NCBI GenBank assembly: GCA_037129925.1
Contig: JBAXTZ010000002.1
Location: 19,273-83,272, forward strand
DNA from: Bacillota bacterium
GTDB lineage: Bacteria; Bacillota; Negativicutes; JBAXTZ01
Reading direction: 5' to 3'
DNA: 64,000 nucleotides
The position numbers and the translations under genes were made by a program. Of this stretch, positions 1 through 10,288 are shown in pieces. Within the stretch, counting starts at the first letter, position 1; every line of letters starts with the position of its first letter. A model generated the notes under the pieces. That model was not told the DNA's origin. It ran no database searches and worked only from the letters and a program-made list of their open reading frames with translations.

Positions 1-408
1 GTAATCGGACCAGGCGGAAAGATTATCAAGAAGATTGTTGAAGAAACCGGTGTTAAGATTGATATTGAGGACGATGGTCGGGTGTTCATCGCTGCCGTTG
101 ATCCGGTTATGGGCGAAAAAGCTCGCAAGATAATCGAAGGGTTAGTAGCCGAAGTTGAAGTTGGTAAAATTTATCAAGGAAAAGTCACCCGGTTGATGCA
201 ATTTGGCGCATTTGTGGCAATATTGCCGGGCAAAGAAGGCTTGGTGCATATTTCACAACTGGCTAAAGAGCGGGTACGCGCCGTTGAAGATGTCGTAAAA
301 GTTGGCGACGATATTCTGGTAAAAGTTACCGAAATTGACAAGATGGGTCGCGTTAATCTTTCACACAAAGACGCGCTGCCAAAAGAAGTTCGGAACGAAC
401 AACAATAA
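1..408 (+). CDS. pnp: Polyribonucleotide nucleotidyltransferase, 3' end (partial; KH and S1 domains)
   Basis: Frame open from base 1: [12 protein letters not shown] (KH) then [18 protein letters not shown]...EGLVHISQL (S1). Confidence 0.95.
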   Translation, partial: VIGPGGKIIKKIVEETGVKIDIEDDGRVFIAAVDPVMGEKARKIIEGLVAEVEVGKIYQGKVTRLMQFGAFVAILPGKEGLVHISQLAKERVRAVEDVVKVGDDILVKVTEIDKMGRVNLSHKDALPKEVRNEQQ

Positions 409-417
409 TCATTCAGG

Positions 418-447
418 AGCCTTATGTTTTACGACATAGGGCTTTTT
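418..447 (+). terminator. Probable intrinsic terminator after pnp
   Basis: agccttatgt-tttacg-acatagggct stem (one G-U) followed by T run. Confidence 0.65.
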
Positions 448-466
448 GAGTTTTGGAGGCAATCGT

Positions 467-973
467 ATGCAGATCTATGCTTATAAAGATAAACAACCAA
501 TAATTGATGACAGCTGTTTTGTCGCTGGTGGAGCGCGAATTGTCGGTGATGTAATTTTGCACAAAAACGTGAGTGTTTGGTTTAACACGGTAATACGCGG
601 CGATTCCGGTCAAGTGATCGTCGGCGCTAATACCAACATTCAGGACAATTGTACTTTGCATACCGACAAAGGTACGCCCTGCGTCCTCGGTGAAAACATT
701 ACTGTCGGTCATAATGCAGTGGTCCATGCCTGTCGCATTGCCGATAATTGTCTGATTGGGATGAACGCGACAATATTGTCCGGTGCGATCATCGGCGCTA
801 ACAGCATCGTTGCTGCCGGTGCAGTTCTCGGTGAACGGAAAGAAGTGCCATCCGGAACTTTGTATGCCGGTGTCCCGGCAAAATTCATCCGTAATTTGAC
901 TGCGGCAGAAATGGCGTCGTTAAAACAGGCTGCGGATAATTACTTAAAATACGCGCAAGGATACAAGAAATAA
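467..973 (+). CDS. Gamma-carbonic anhydrase family / hexapeptide-repeat protein
   Basis: IRGD, NIQDNCTLH, TVGHNAVVHAC motifs; GGAGG RBS before ATG 467. Confidence 0.9.
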   Translation: MQIYAYKDKQPIIDDSCFVAGGARIVGDVILHKNVSVWFNTVIRGDSGQVIVGANTNIQDNCTLHTDKGTPCVLGENITVGHNAVVHACRIADNCLIGMNATILSGAIIGANSIVAAGAVLGERKEVPSGTLYAGVPAKFIRNLTAAEMASLKQAADNYLKYAQGYKK

Positions 974-994
974 AAATAAAGAGGAGAAAATATT

Positions 995-1408
995 ATGGAA
1001 AAATCATTAGTATTAATTAAACCCGACGGTGTTGAGCGCCGATTGGTCGGCGAAGTTATCAAACGGTTTGAGCAAAAGGGATTGCGGGTCGCGGCGTTAA
1101 AAATGTTGCGGGCTGATGCCGCTATGTCAAAAAATCATTATTATGAACATGCCGAGAAATCGTTTTATCCGGAACTGGAAGAATTTATTACCAGCGGACC
1201 GATTGTGGCGATGATTATTGAGGGAGCTAACGCGATTAAGGTAATCCGGTTGATGGTCGGAGCAACTAATTCGGCCGAGGCATTGCCGGGAACTATTCGC
1301 GGTGATTTGTCATTATTTAAACAGCAGAATATTATTCACGCATCTGACAGTCCGGAGAGCGCTGAGCGCGAAATTAACAATTTCTTTAATAGTAGTGAAA
1401 TATTTTAA
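995..1408 (+). CDS. ndk: Nucleoside diphosphate kinase
   Basis: LIKPDGV, PGTIRGD, NIIHASDS motifs. Confidence 0.97.
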   Translation: MEKSLVLIKPDGVERRLVGEVIKRFEQKGLRVAALKMLRADAAMSKNHYYEHAEKSFYPELEEFITSGPIVAMIIEGANAIKVIRLMVGATNSAEALPGTIRGDLSLFKQQNIIHASDSPESAEREINNFFNSSEIF

Positions 1409-1455
1409 TCTTAGCAGGAATTTTGCAAGATACAGCGAATTAATAAGGTGAGATC

Positions 1456-1962
1456 ATGATTAAGTTATACACAAAGACCGGAGATAACGGTACTACTCGT
1501 TTGGTAGACGGAGTTGTCGAGAAAGATGACCTGCGGGTTGAGGCTTATGGAACCATTGATGAAGCCGATAGCGCTTTGGGTGTCGCGAAAATCAATTGTA
1601 AACACGACCGCGCTATCGAAATAATTTTGTTGGTTCAGCATCAACTCAAAACCATTATGGCTGAAACAGCAAGTTTAAAAGGTGGCTGGTTTGTAAATGC
1701 GTCAGTAGCAATCGAGCAGCTGGAAGGGCTGATTGATGAACTTTCCAACCAACTTGTTCCGTTGACCCAGTTGATTATCCCCGGCGGCAAAAACGGTTCG
1801 GCCTATTTGCAGCTGGCCAGGGCGATCACCCGGAGAGCGGAACGAGTGGCTGTAACGTTGACGCGAGTGGCAGCTCTTGACAAAAACGTTGTAGTTTATC
1901 TTAATCGATTATCAGATTTGTGCTTTGTTTTGGCACGGTTTGAGGACGAGGATCATTGTTAA
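1456..1962 (+). CDS. ATP:cob(I)alamin adenosyltransferase, PduO type
   Basis: LYTKTGDNGTT, AYGTIDE, RAITRRAER, YLNRLSD motifs. Confidence 0.92.
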   Translation: MIKLYTKTGDNGTTRLVDGVVEKDDLRVEAYGTIDEADSALGVAKINCKHDRAIEIILLVQHQLKTIMAETASLKGGWFVNASVAIEQLEGLIDELSNQLVPLTQLIIPGGKNGSAYLQLARAITRRAERVAVTLTRVAALDKNVVVYLNRLSDLCFVLARFEDEDHC

Positions 1963-1979
1963 ATTAGGAGGATATTGTT

Positions 1980-4070
1980 TTGAAAGAGTTTAAGAGCGAA
2001 TTTTTGAGAAATGTTGCACTGGTTTCACACGGCGGCGCCGGAAAAACATCAATCGCTGAAGCTATTTTATTCAACTCCGGCGCTAATAGCCGTCAAGGGC
2101 GTGTTGACGACGGTTCGTCTTTAATGGACTATGAAGATGAAGAGAAGAAACGCAAAATGACCATATCGGCATCACTGGCGCCGGTAGAATGGAACAATTG
2201 CAAGGTAAATGTAATTGACACTCCGGGATTTTCCGATTTTGTCGGTGATGTTAGCGGCGCAATGCGTGCTGTCGATGGCGTAGTTGTTACAGTTTGCGCG
2301 GCTAGCGGAGTGGAAGTATCAACTGAAAAAGTTTGGCAGATGGCCGAAGAATTAAATCTGCCACGGATAGTATTCATCAACAAAATGGATCGGGAAAACG
2401 CGGACTTTAATAAGTGTATTGACCAATTGAAAGCGAAATTCGGCGGAGTTTTCGCGCCGGTAGTTTTACCAATCGGCAGTGAATCCGGATTTAAAGGACT
2501 GGTCGACTTGATTGACCAAAATGCCTATTACCCGGCAAATGCGCAAGGAACGCAGATTACAACTGGCGCCCTGCCTGCGGATATGGCTGATGATGTTGAA
2601 CTTGCCCGGGTCATGTTAGTAGAAGCCGCGGCCGAGGGCGACGACGAATTGATGATGAAATATCTCGAAGGCGAAGAGTTTACCGATGACGAGATTAATC
2701 GCGGTCTGCTTGCGGCGGTGCGTGCCGCCAAAGCGACACTGGTTATTTGTGGTTCATCAACCAAGAATATCGGGGTGCGAACCCTTCTCGATGCTATAGT
2801 AAAATATATTCCGTCACCAGTCAGCCGGGTAGTTTCTGGATTTAAGCCCGGTAATGATGAAGTAGCCATCGAACGGGCTGTCACTGATCCGTTTTCAGCG
2901 CTGGTATTCAAAACTACCGCTGATCCGCATACCGGACGAATGAGTTATTTGCGAATATTTAGCGGAACGCTCAAACCGGATATGCAGGTGTATAATGTCG
3001 CCAAAGAGAAAATGGAAAAAATCGGCGCGATAAACACATTGATCGGCAAAAAAGTCGAGCCAATGACCGTGGCTTATGCCGGTGACATTGTAGTCATTCC
3101 CAAATTAAATGATGTTAGTACCGGAAATACCTTGTGTGATAAAGCCGCACTAATTAATTTCCCGGCGATTAAATATCCAAAACCAATGTTTATGCGGGCG
3201 ATTGAACCGCGCAAAAAAGGTGACGAGGACAAAATCGGCGCTGCTTTAACTCGTGTTCGCGATGAAGACCCGACGTTCAGAACCCAAAAAAATATTGAAA
3301 CTAATCAAACAATAGCCTACGGGTTGGGTGAGCAACATTTGGCAATGATCACCAATAAGATGCTTGCCAAATTCGGCGCTGATGTCGTGTTGCATGATCC
3401 GCGGGTGGCATTTCGCGAGACCATTCGTCAGAAAATCCAGGTTGAAGGCAAACACAAAAAACAATCCGGTGGTCGCGGGCAGTTTGGTCACGTCTGGCTG
3501 CGGTTAGAACCGTTGCCGTTAGGCGCCGGAGTGGAGTTTGAAAAAGAAATATTCGGCGGTTCGGTTCCTGTAAATTATATTCCGGCTGTGGAAAAAGGCG
3601 CCCGCAAAAAACTGGCCGAAGGGATTATTGCCGGTTATCCGATGGTGGACGTTAAAGTTGTGCTATACGATGGTTCTTATCACGATGTCGATTCTTCAGA
3701 GTTGGCATTTATATTAGCAACATCTAACGCTTTGAAAAAAGGCGTGCCGTTAGCCCGTCCGGTGTTGCTCGAGCCGGTTAATGATATTGAAATCTATGTG
3801 CCGGAACGTTTTGCCGGGGATGTCATGGGTGATTTGTCCAGCAAACGTGGTCGGCCGATGGGGATGGAAGCAGTCGGTAACGGTATAACTTGTGTGAAAG
3901 CGCAAGCTCCGTTAGCTGAAATGTTCCGCTATTCAATCGATTTGCGGTCTATGACCCAGGGACGCGGCTGGTTCGATATGAATTTCGCGCATTATGAAGA
4001 AGTGCCGCATGCCATTGCAGACGGAATCATTGCCGAGTATCAAAAGCACTTGCATCACGACGAGGAATAG
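1980..4070 (+). CDS. fusA: Elongation factor G paralogue (EF-G2/FusA2-like)
   Basis: Full EF-G domain layout (HGGAGKT, DTPG, NKMD, KQSGGRGQFGHV, GSYHDVDSSE); not in the str operon; divergent switch motifs. Confidence 0.9.
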   Translation: MKEFKSEFLRNVALVSHGGAGKTSIAEAILFNSGANSRQGRVDDGSSLMDYEDEEKKRKMTISASLAPVEWNNCKVNVIDTPGFSDFVGDVSGAMRAVDGVVVTVCAASGVEVSTEKVWQMAEELNLPRIVFINKMDRENADFNKCIDQLKAKFGGVFAPVVLPIGSESGFKGLVDLIDQNAYYPANAQGTQITTGALPADMADDVELARVMLVEAAAEGDDELMMKYLEGEEFTDDEINRGLLAAVRAAKATLVICGSSTKNIGVRTLLDAIVKYIPSPVSRVVSGFKPGNDEVAIERAVTDPFSALVFKTTADPHTGRMSYLRIFSGTLKPDMQVYNVAKEKMEKIGAINTLIGKKVEPMTVAYAGDIVVIPKLNDVSTGNTLCDKAALINFPAIKYPKPMFMRAIEPRKKGDEDKIGAALTRVRDEDPTFRTQKNIETNQTIAYGLGEQHLAMITNKMLAKFGADVVLHDPRVAFRETIRQKIQVEGKHKKQSGGRGQFGHVWLRLEPLPLGAGVEFEKEIFGGSVPVNYIPAVEKGARKKLAEGIIAGYPMVDVKVVLYDGSYHDVDSSELAFILATSNALKKGVPLARPVLLEPVNDIEIYVPERFAGDVMGDLSSKRGRPMGMEAVGNGITCVKAQAPLAEMFRYSIDLRSMTQGRGWFDMNFAHYEEVPHAIADGIIAEYQKHLHHDEE

Positions 4071-4088
4071 TTACTGCAACAAAAAAAT

Positions 4089-4123
4089 ATATCGCGGCAG
4101 GTAACTGCCGCGATATTTATTTT
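4089..4123 (+). terminator. Intrinsic terminator after the EF-G paralogue
   Basis: Perfect 12-bp stem atatcgcggcag-gtaa-ctgccgcgatat plus T-rich tail. Confidence 0.85.
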
Positions 4124-4601
4124 GAGGAATATATTGAAAAAATCAACGAGTATCTATAAAAAAATTCGCCAGTTGCTGAACCTGCCGGTGGATGAGAAAT
4201 TGTTGCTGGTGCTGGCGTTTGGGCTGTGCGGACTATTTCGCTTTACATTATTATTTATTCCGTTTCGGTATCTGTCGCGGTTTATGGCAAAAAAAATCCA
4301 TCAGCCACCGGTATTGTCGTCCGTCACAGTGCAGAATAATTGCCGGAAGGTGGCGCGGATTGTAAATATCGCTGCCAACAAAACCCCTTGGGAAAGCAAA
4401 TGTTTGGTGCGGGCGTTAGCGGCAAAAATATTGCTGAGAATTTTTGGTTATCCCAATGAATTGTATCTTGGCGTGAAAAAGGATGAGAACGGAAATTTAA
4501 TCGCTCATGCTTGGCTAAATAGTTGTACCTACAACATTAGCGGTGGTAGTAGCGAAATTAACACCGGATACGCGATTGTAGGCAAGTATTTTGACGATTG
4601 A
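4122..4601 (+). CDS. Lasso peptide biosynthesis B2-like (transglutaminase-fold) protease
   Basis: TPWESKCLVRALAAKILL...LYLGV...LIAHAW matches the B2 Cys/His pattern. Confidence 0.8.
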   Translation: MRNILKKSTSIYKKIRQLLNLPVDEKLLLVLAFGLCGLFRFTLLFIPFRYLSRFMAKKIHQPPVLSSVTVQNNCRKVARIVNIAANKTPWESKCLVRALAAKILLRIFGYPNELYLGVKKDENGNLIAHAWLNSCTYNISGGSSEINTGYAIVGKYFDD

Positions 4602-5519
4602 TCATTCATGCTCGGAAATAAACTTTTCTGCCATAATTGCGGCAACCGCGCCGTCGGCTGCGGCAGTGACTACTTGCCGCAATATTTTTACCCGACAGTC
4701 GCCAGCGGCAAATACGCCGGGAATATTAGTGGCGGTGCTTTCACCGGCTTCAATATAACCCGATTTATTCAGCGTAATTAATTCTTTGGTGAAGCTGGTA
4801 TTCGGATCCATGCCGACGTACAAGAACACGCCTTCGGTGGCGTGGACGCTAAGTTCACCGGTTTTTACATTTTTCAGAGTTACCGTTTCAACCATCCCGT
4901 TGCCGTTGATCGCTTCGACCAGGCTATCCCATACGAAATTGATTTTGGCGTTCGCGAACGCTTTGTCCTGAATAGTCTTGGCGGCCCGCAGTTCGTCGCG
5001 GCGATGAACTACGGTAATTTTTTCAGCGAATTTGCTCAAATAAATTGCTTCTTCGACAGCGGCATCGCCGCCACCAACCACTACGACATCAGTGGCTCCC
5101 TCATAAAACGCCGCGTCACAGACGGCGCAAAACGAAACGCCCATACCGTATAATTCTTTTTCACCAGTGCAATTAAGGCTGCGCGGAGCAGCGCCGCTGG
5201 CAATGATGATTGTTTTGGCAAAGTAACTCTCGGTATCCGTCTGGACACCGCGCTTAGCGCCGTCGATTATCAGCCCGGTTACCTGAGCGGTGATTTTCTG
5301 CATACCGAACTTGAGCGCTTGTTGCTCAATTCGTTCGGTTAGCGCCGCGCCGCTCGGATTGTCGCTGGCGCCCGGATAGTTTTCAATCTCGGAAGTCGAA
5401 GACAATTGACCTCCGGTTGCGCCAAAGCTAATGACTAGTGTTTTCAATTTTGCCCGTCCGGCATACAGCGCGGCTGTTAATCCGGCAGGACCGGCGCCGA
5501 TAATTATTACGTCGTACAT
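4602..5519 (-). CDS. trxB: Thioredoxin-disulfide reductase
   Basis: GAGPAG, CAVCD redox motif, GGGDAA, FAAGD. Confidence 0.97.
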   Translation of the reverse strand: MYDVIIIGAGPAGLTAALYAGRAKLKTLVISFGATGGQLSSTSEIENYPGASDNPSGAALTERIEQQALKFGMQKITAQVTGLIIDGAKRGVQTDTESYFAKTIIIASGAAPRSLNCTGEKELYGMGVSFCAVCDAAFYEGATDVVVVGGGDAAVEEAIYLSKFAEKITVVHRRDELRAAKTIQDKAFANAKINFVWDSLVEAINGNGMVETVTLKNVKTGELSVHATEGVFLYVGMDPNTSFTKELITLNKSGYIEAGESTATNIPGVFAAGDCRVKILRQVVTAAADGAVAAIMAEKFISEHE

Positions 5520-5627
5520 AATATCCCCCTAATTGTTAGCGAAAATGTATTTTGTTTGGTCACATTATACCATATACTATTTGGATATGAGGATATTGTG
5601 CTATAATCATCAAACAAACTTTAACAG

Positions 5628-8600
5628 GTGATTGGGTTGATTTTAAAACGAATCGAAGCTTATGGCTTTAAGTCATTTGCTGATAAAATTGAACTTGGCT
5701 TTGAAGATAATATTACGGCAATCGTCGGGCCAAACGGCAGCGGTAAAAGCAACGTTGCCGACGCTTTGCGTTGGGTTCTCGGTGAACAGAGTGCCCGCAA
5801 TTTGCGCGGTTCGAAGATGGAAGATGTCATTTTCAACGGCAGCACCAAACGTAAGCCATTGAATATTGCCAATGTCAGTGTAATTTTGGATAATTCGGCG
5901 CGTACTTTTCCGATAGATTTCAACGAGGTTGCGATCACGCGCAGAATGTATCGTAGCGGCGAGAGTGAGTACTACATCAACAAATCGCCCTGCCGGTTAA
6001 AAGACATTTATGAGCTGTTATCTGGTACGGGTATCGGCAAAGATTCGATGTCAATAATCAGTCAAAATCGAGCGGATGACGTATTGAATAGCAAACCAGA
6101 GGACCGGCGGCTGATTTTCGAAGAAGCAGCCGGAATCGGGAAGTACAAGAATCGTAAAAAAGAAGCCCAACGCAAACTAGATGATACTGCCGCAAATATT
6201 ACCCGTATCGATGATATAGCAACCGAACTCGAAACCCAACTTGAACCGTTACAATTAGCTGCAGCCCGAACTGAAAAATTTAATCAATTATTTGTGCAGC
6301 TGCGGGAACTAAAAATTGATGCTTTAGCAATAAAATTACGGAAACTAGATAAATTCGGTTTTGACGGACAACTTCGTGAATTGGAGCATTCTGATGAATT
6401 ACTCGCCAAAGAAGCCGCCTTATTAAGCATTGATGCCGAAAAAGCAAAGACCGCCAATAGTATTATCGAATTGGAAGAAATAATTGTCAAAGCCGAAGCG
6501 AAAATCAATCAACTGAATATCGCCCATGAGACAGATAATGGGAAAGTCGAAGTGGAAAAAAATCGTATTGGTTTGTCGCGGGAGCGAATTCAGGCGATAG
6601 CTATTGAATTAAAACGCGCGGATGGTTTTCACGGTGATGCCGAGACCACACTTGCGGCGCTACAAGATGAACGGCTAATGTTGCAGGTTGATTGTAGTGA
6701 TGCGCTAAAATTGGTTGATGAATTTACTGTGGCTACACAACGAGCAAGTGAGGCAGCCACTCAAAGCGAACAGTCACAAGTGGCAATCCGCGAAACGGCG
6801 TTCGCACGCGTGCAGCATACCGCACAAATTCGCAATAGCATCAATTTAACCAGGATGGATGCTGACAATTTAGCGCGTTCAATCGGGCGGTTAGACGCTG
6901 AATTGAACGAATATCGAACTGAAATGCAACGGCTGACAGCTGAGTTGGAACAACAAAAACAATTTTGCGATCAAATTACAGCAGCTATCAATGTTGACAA
7001 AGTCACCGCAAAAGAAATCAACGATGAGCGATTGCTGGTTAAAATTGCTTATGAGACAGAACAAAAGCAAAAAAATTCGTATCTCGATGAAAACCGCAAG
7101 TTGCAAATTCGCAAAGACCTTTTGAATAATTTGCAGCTAAATTATGAAGGTTTTTCACGAGCGGCGAAAGCGGTATTGACAGCTAAAAACGACTGGCGCA
7201 ATAATATTTTTGGCGCGATTGGCGAATTGGTGATCGCGCTGCCGGAACACGCACTAGCAATCGAGACTGCGCTTGGTCAGGCGGCGCAAAATTTGGTTTG
7301 TGCAGACGATGCTACCGCGCAAAAAGCAATTGACTATTTAAAAAAAATGCAAGTTGGCCGGGCAACTTTCTTGCCTTTGGCTAACTTGCGGTATTCCGAA
7401 ACTAATTTTCCGAAAGATAAACTTTTCGGTATTCTCGGTCGTGCTTCGCAACTAGTAAAATATGCTGATCGCGATAAGCGGGCGGTGGAATTTTTACTCG
7501 GCCGGATATTGGTGGCCGATAATTTTGAAAATGCGATAAAAACTGCCAAAGCGCTTAACTTCAGCGCCCGGATCGTAACGTTGCAAGGCGAATTATTGAC
7601 CCCGGGCGGGGCGATTACCGGTGGGAGTATGCACAAACAGAGCAGCGGTATTATTTCGCGGACGGCGGAAATTACTCAACTTGAGCAACAATTAGCAGAA
7701 GCTGCAACGTATTTAAGCGAATGTGAAACCAGACTGACCGCTGTTGAACAACAGTATTTGGGTTTTGAGGATCGTATTCGGACACAAAATGCTGTACTGC
7801 AAAAAAAACAGTTGCAGCAGGTAGAATTGAGCGTCAGCTTGCAACATCTTGAAGAGGTATTTGAGCGGTTAACGCAAAACGCTTTGCTGGATAATAATGA
7901 GCGCGCTTCACTGGCCTTGGACCGTGACGAGCGGGTAAGCAAAATTGCCACGCTTCAACAAGAATTGAATAGTTCCGAACAAACTGAAAATGATGATCAA
8001 GTAAAGTTGAACGCTAAAATACTAGAATTGCAGTCGTTGCAAAATATTTACAGCTTAGCGCAGGAAAATTTAAATAATGGGAAAATTGAATATAACTCGC
8101 TGGTAGCTAAAATTGTCAATGCTGAAACTCGGATTGAAGACCTTAATCAATCGTTAAAAATCCACAGCGATAATCGCGCGCGCTTATCGGAAGAGAATTT
8201 AAGCAAGAAACGCGCAATTTTCCACGCTGAAACCGAAATCGCGGCGCTCGGCGCGCAAATGTTGGAGTATAAGCAGGATAAACTTCAGCAAAATGCATGG
8301 CTTGCCGAAAATTTTGAGAGTAAGCATTTACTTCTTCAACAGCAAGAATTGCATGATAAAGATATGCGGAGTATCAGAAGACGAATTTCCGACTTGCAGT
8401 TGCGACTCTCGGATGTAAAAGTGCAGAATGAGCGCTGCCGCGCGGAGATTGAGAATGTTTGCGAACGGGCGTTAGCGGATTATCACATTGATTTGCAGGA
8501 GTATATTCCGACGCGTGATGAGTTGACTAAGGCAGATAGCGCGATAATGCACGACCTGGATGAGCAAATTGAGCAACTTGGCACAATCAACCCGAACGCG

Positions 8601-9182
8601 ATTGAAGATTATAAAAAAACTAGTGAGCGCTACGAATTTTTGACGTTGCAGCGCGCCGACTTGTTTGACGCCCAAGGCAAATTGGTCACGATGATTGCGG
8701 CGATGGACGAAGTCATGGCGAAGCAATTCCAGGAAGCGGTCGAGCAAATAGATAAATATTTCGCCGAGATATTTGTGCGGTTGTTTGGCGGTGGCGCGGC
8801 ATCGATAGTGTTTACTCAACCGGATAATATGCTGGAAACGGGAATTGAAGTGGTAGTGCAAATTCCCGGAAAGCGGCGCCAAAACATGACGTTGTTATCG
8901 GGCGGTGAACGGTCGCTGACGGTTATCGCATTGCTATTTGCGATGTTACAACACCAACCGTCGCCGTTTTGCGTACTAGATGAACTAGACGCGGCTCTTG
9001 ACGAAGCAAATGTCGAGCGATTTTCGGAATTCATTCGCGAATACCGCGAGCGAACGCAATTTATTATTATCACCCACCGGAAACGCTCGATGGAAGCAGC
9101 TGATAAACTGCACGGAATAACTATGGAAGAAACCGGCGTTTCGCAACTGGTATCTGTAAAATTTGCCGATGAAGTTCTGTGA
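5628..9182 (+). CDS. smc: Chromosome segregation protein SMC
   Basis: GFKSF, GPNGSGKSN Walker A, coiled coils, hinge GRATFLPL, LSGGE, LDELDAALD. Confidence 0.97.
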   Translation: MIGLILKRIEAYGFKSFADKIELGFEDNITAIVGPNGSGKSNVADALRWVLGEQSARNLRGSKMEDVIFNGSTKRKPLNIANVSVILDNSARTFPIDFNEVAITRRMYRSGESEYYINKSPCRLKDIYELLSGTGIGKDSMSIISQNRADDVLNSKPEDRRLIFEEAAGIGKYKNRKKEAQRKLDDTAANITRIDDIATELETQLEPLQLAAARTEKFNQLFVQLRELKIDALAIKLRKLDKFGFDGQLRELEHSDELLAKEAALLSIDAEKAKTANSIIELEEIIVKAEAKINQLNIAHETDNGKVEVEKNRIGLSRERIQAIAIELKRADGFHGDAETTLAALQDERLMLQVDCSDALKLVDEFTVATQRASEAATQSEQSQVAIRETAFARVQHTAQIRNSINLTRMDADNLARSIGRLDAELNEYRTEMQRLTAELEQQKQFCDQITAAINVDKVTAKEINDERLLVKIAYETEQKQKNSYLDENRKLQIRKDLLNNLQLNYEGFSRAAKAVLTAKNDWRNNIFGAIGELVIALPEHALAIETALGQAAQNLVCADDATAQKAIDYLKKMQVGRATFLPLANLRYSETNFPKDKLFGILGRASQLVKYADRDKRAVEFLLGRILVADNFENAIKTAKALNFSARIVTLQGELLTPGGAITGGSMHKQSSGIISRTAEITQLEQQLAEAATYLSECETRLTAVEQQYLGFEDRIRTQNAVLQKKQLQQVELSVSLQHLEEVFERLTQNALLDNNERASLALDRDERVSKIATLQQELNSSEQTENDDQVKLNAKILELQSLQNIYSLAQENLNNGKIEYNSLVAKIVNAETRIEDLNQSLKIHSDNRARLSEENLSKKRAIFHAETEIAALGAQMLEYKQDKLQQNAWLAENFESKHLLLQQQELHDKDMRSIRRRISDLQLRLSDVKVQNERCRAEIENVCERALADYHIDLQEYIPTRDELTKADSAIMHDLDEQIEQLGTINPNAIEDYKKTSERYEFLTLQRADLFDAQGKLVTMIAAMDEVMAKQFQEAVEQIDKYFAEIFVRLFGGGAASIVFTQPDNMLETGIEVVVQIPGKRRQNMTLLSGGERSLTVIALLFAMLQHQPSPFCVLDELDAALDEANVERFSEFIREYRERTQFIIITHRKRSMEAADKLHGITMEETGVSQLVSVKFADEVL

Positions 9183-9244
9183 TTTGATTTATTGCGCAAA
9201 ATATTATAAAATAACGCTAAGAGCTAAGTATATGAGGAGTCGAG

Positions 9245-9802
9245 ATGAATAAAGCATTAATATTGATCGCTAATGGCACTGAAGAAATTGAAGCGACAAC
9301 ACTCGCCAATGTATTGCGGCGTGCCGAAATTGAAGTTACTTTAGCCGGTGTGGGCGGTAAACTGCTGCGGGGCAGTAGAAATATCACTATTTGCGCTGAT
9401 GTGGAATTTGAAGAAATAGCCGATACCGCGCATGACGAGTTTGATATATTAATCTTGCCAGGCGGATGGGGCGGAACACTAATATTTTGTGAGGATAGTA
9501 ATGTCCAATTTACGCTTAAACGGTTTGACTCTGCGAAAAAAATGATTTGTGCGATATGCGCGGCGCCGTTAGCGTTAGATCGGGCGAACATTTTGCTAAA
9601 CCATCGGTTTACCTGTTTTCCGGGAATTGAACAAAAAATGTCGGCGTTGGGGTATGAAAATCGCAAATTTGTGGTTTCGGATAATATTTTCACATCGCAA
9701 GGCCCGGCAACAGCAATGGACTTTGCGCTAAGAATAGTACGAGCTGTTGTGGGCGAGGAAAAGTTCTTGTCGGTAGCGGCTGAGTTGCTGTACGAAATAT
9801 AA
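9245..9802 (+). CDS. DJ-1/ThiJ/YajL family protein
   Basis: GTEEIE, ILPGG, AICAAP, TSQGPATA motifs. Confidence 0.93.
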   Translation: MNKALILIANGTEEIEATTLANVLRRAEIEVTLAGVGGKLLRGSRNITICADVEFEEIADTAHDEFDILILPGGWGGTLIFCEDSNVQFTLKRFDSAKKMICAICAAPLALDRANILLNHRFTCFPGIEQKMSALGYENRKFVVSDNIFTSQGPATAMDFALRIVRAVVGEEKFLSVAAELLYEI

Positions 9803-9835
9803 CCAATCGAATGCCGCAACTGTCAATATTTTTCT

Positions 9836-9890
9836 AAGATAATTAATCTGCATTAATTATCTTGACGAACAAAATTCTTTACGCTATTAT
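9836..9890 (+). promoter_or_regulatory. Sigma-A-type promoter with overlapping palindromic operator, heading the T1SS/RTX locus
   Basis: TTGACG (9862-9867), 17 bp, TATTAT (9885-9890); perfect inverted repeat aagataattaat-ctgc-attaattatctt (9836-9863). Confidence 0.75.
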
Positions 9891-9906
9891 AGTCACGAAG
9901 TAAAGT

Positions 9907-10251
9907 TTGGACGAAGTGATGAATATGTCCATTTTCAAAACGAAACGTGTTCGCGTAGCATTGCTGGCATTGTTTATGTTTGCGCTGTGCGTCGCAGTTG
10001 CGGCAGTCGATGTAGTCGATATTACCGAAATGCTGGATGATGCGTTAGAGGGTCAGTTTGGTTTTCAGTTTGATATAGCCGGTTTTGTCAGCCTGCTCGT
10101 TTTGAGCTGGGCGGTGTTTCTTTGTTTCGTAAAAGCGAATGCGGATATTCTGGCTTCAATCGGCATTGACTCACGCGTTCGTCCGTTCGTACACGGTGTT
10201 CCCGGCAGCGGTAAGTGCGCATTAGTATCCGTCCAGAAATTCAATAATTAA
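9907..10251 (+). CDS. Small hypothetical membrane protein (two hydrophobic segments); true start may be 9919 or 9925
   Basis: ORF directly after the promoter with two hydrophobic stretches; no family recognised. Confidence 0.55.
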   Translation: MDEVMNMSIFKTKRVRVALLALFMFALCVAVAAVDVVDITEMLDDALEGQFGFQFDIAGFVSLLVLSWAVFLCFVKANADILASIGIDSRVRPFVHGVPGSGKCALVSVQKFNN

Positions 10252-10288
10252 ATATACAAGCTCCGTCATTAGACTGAGCTCATTAGAA

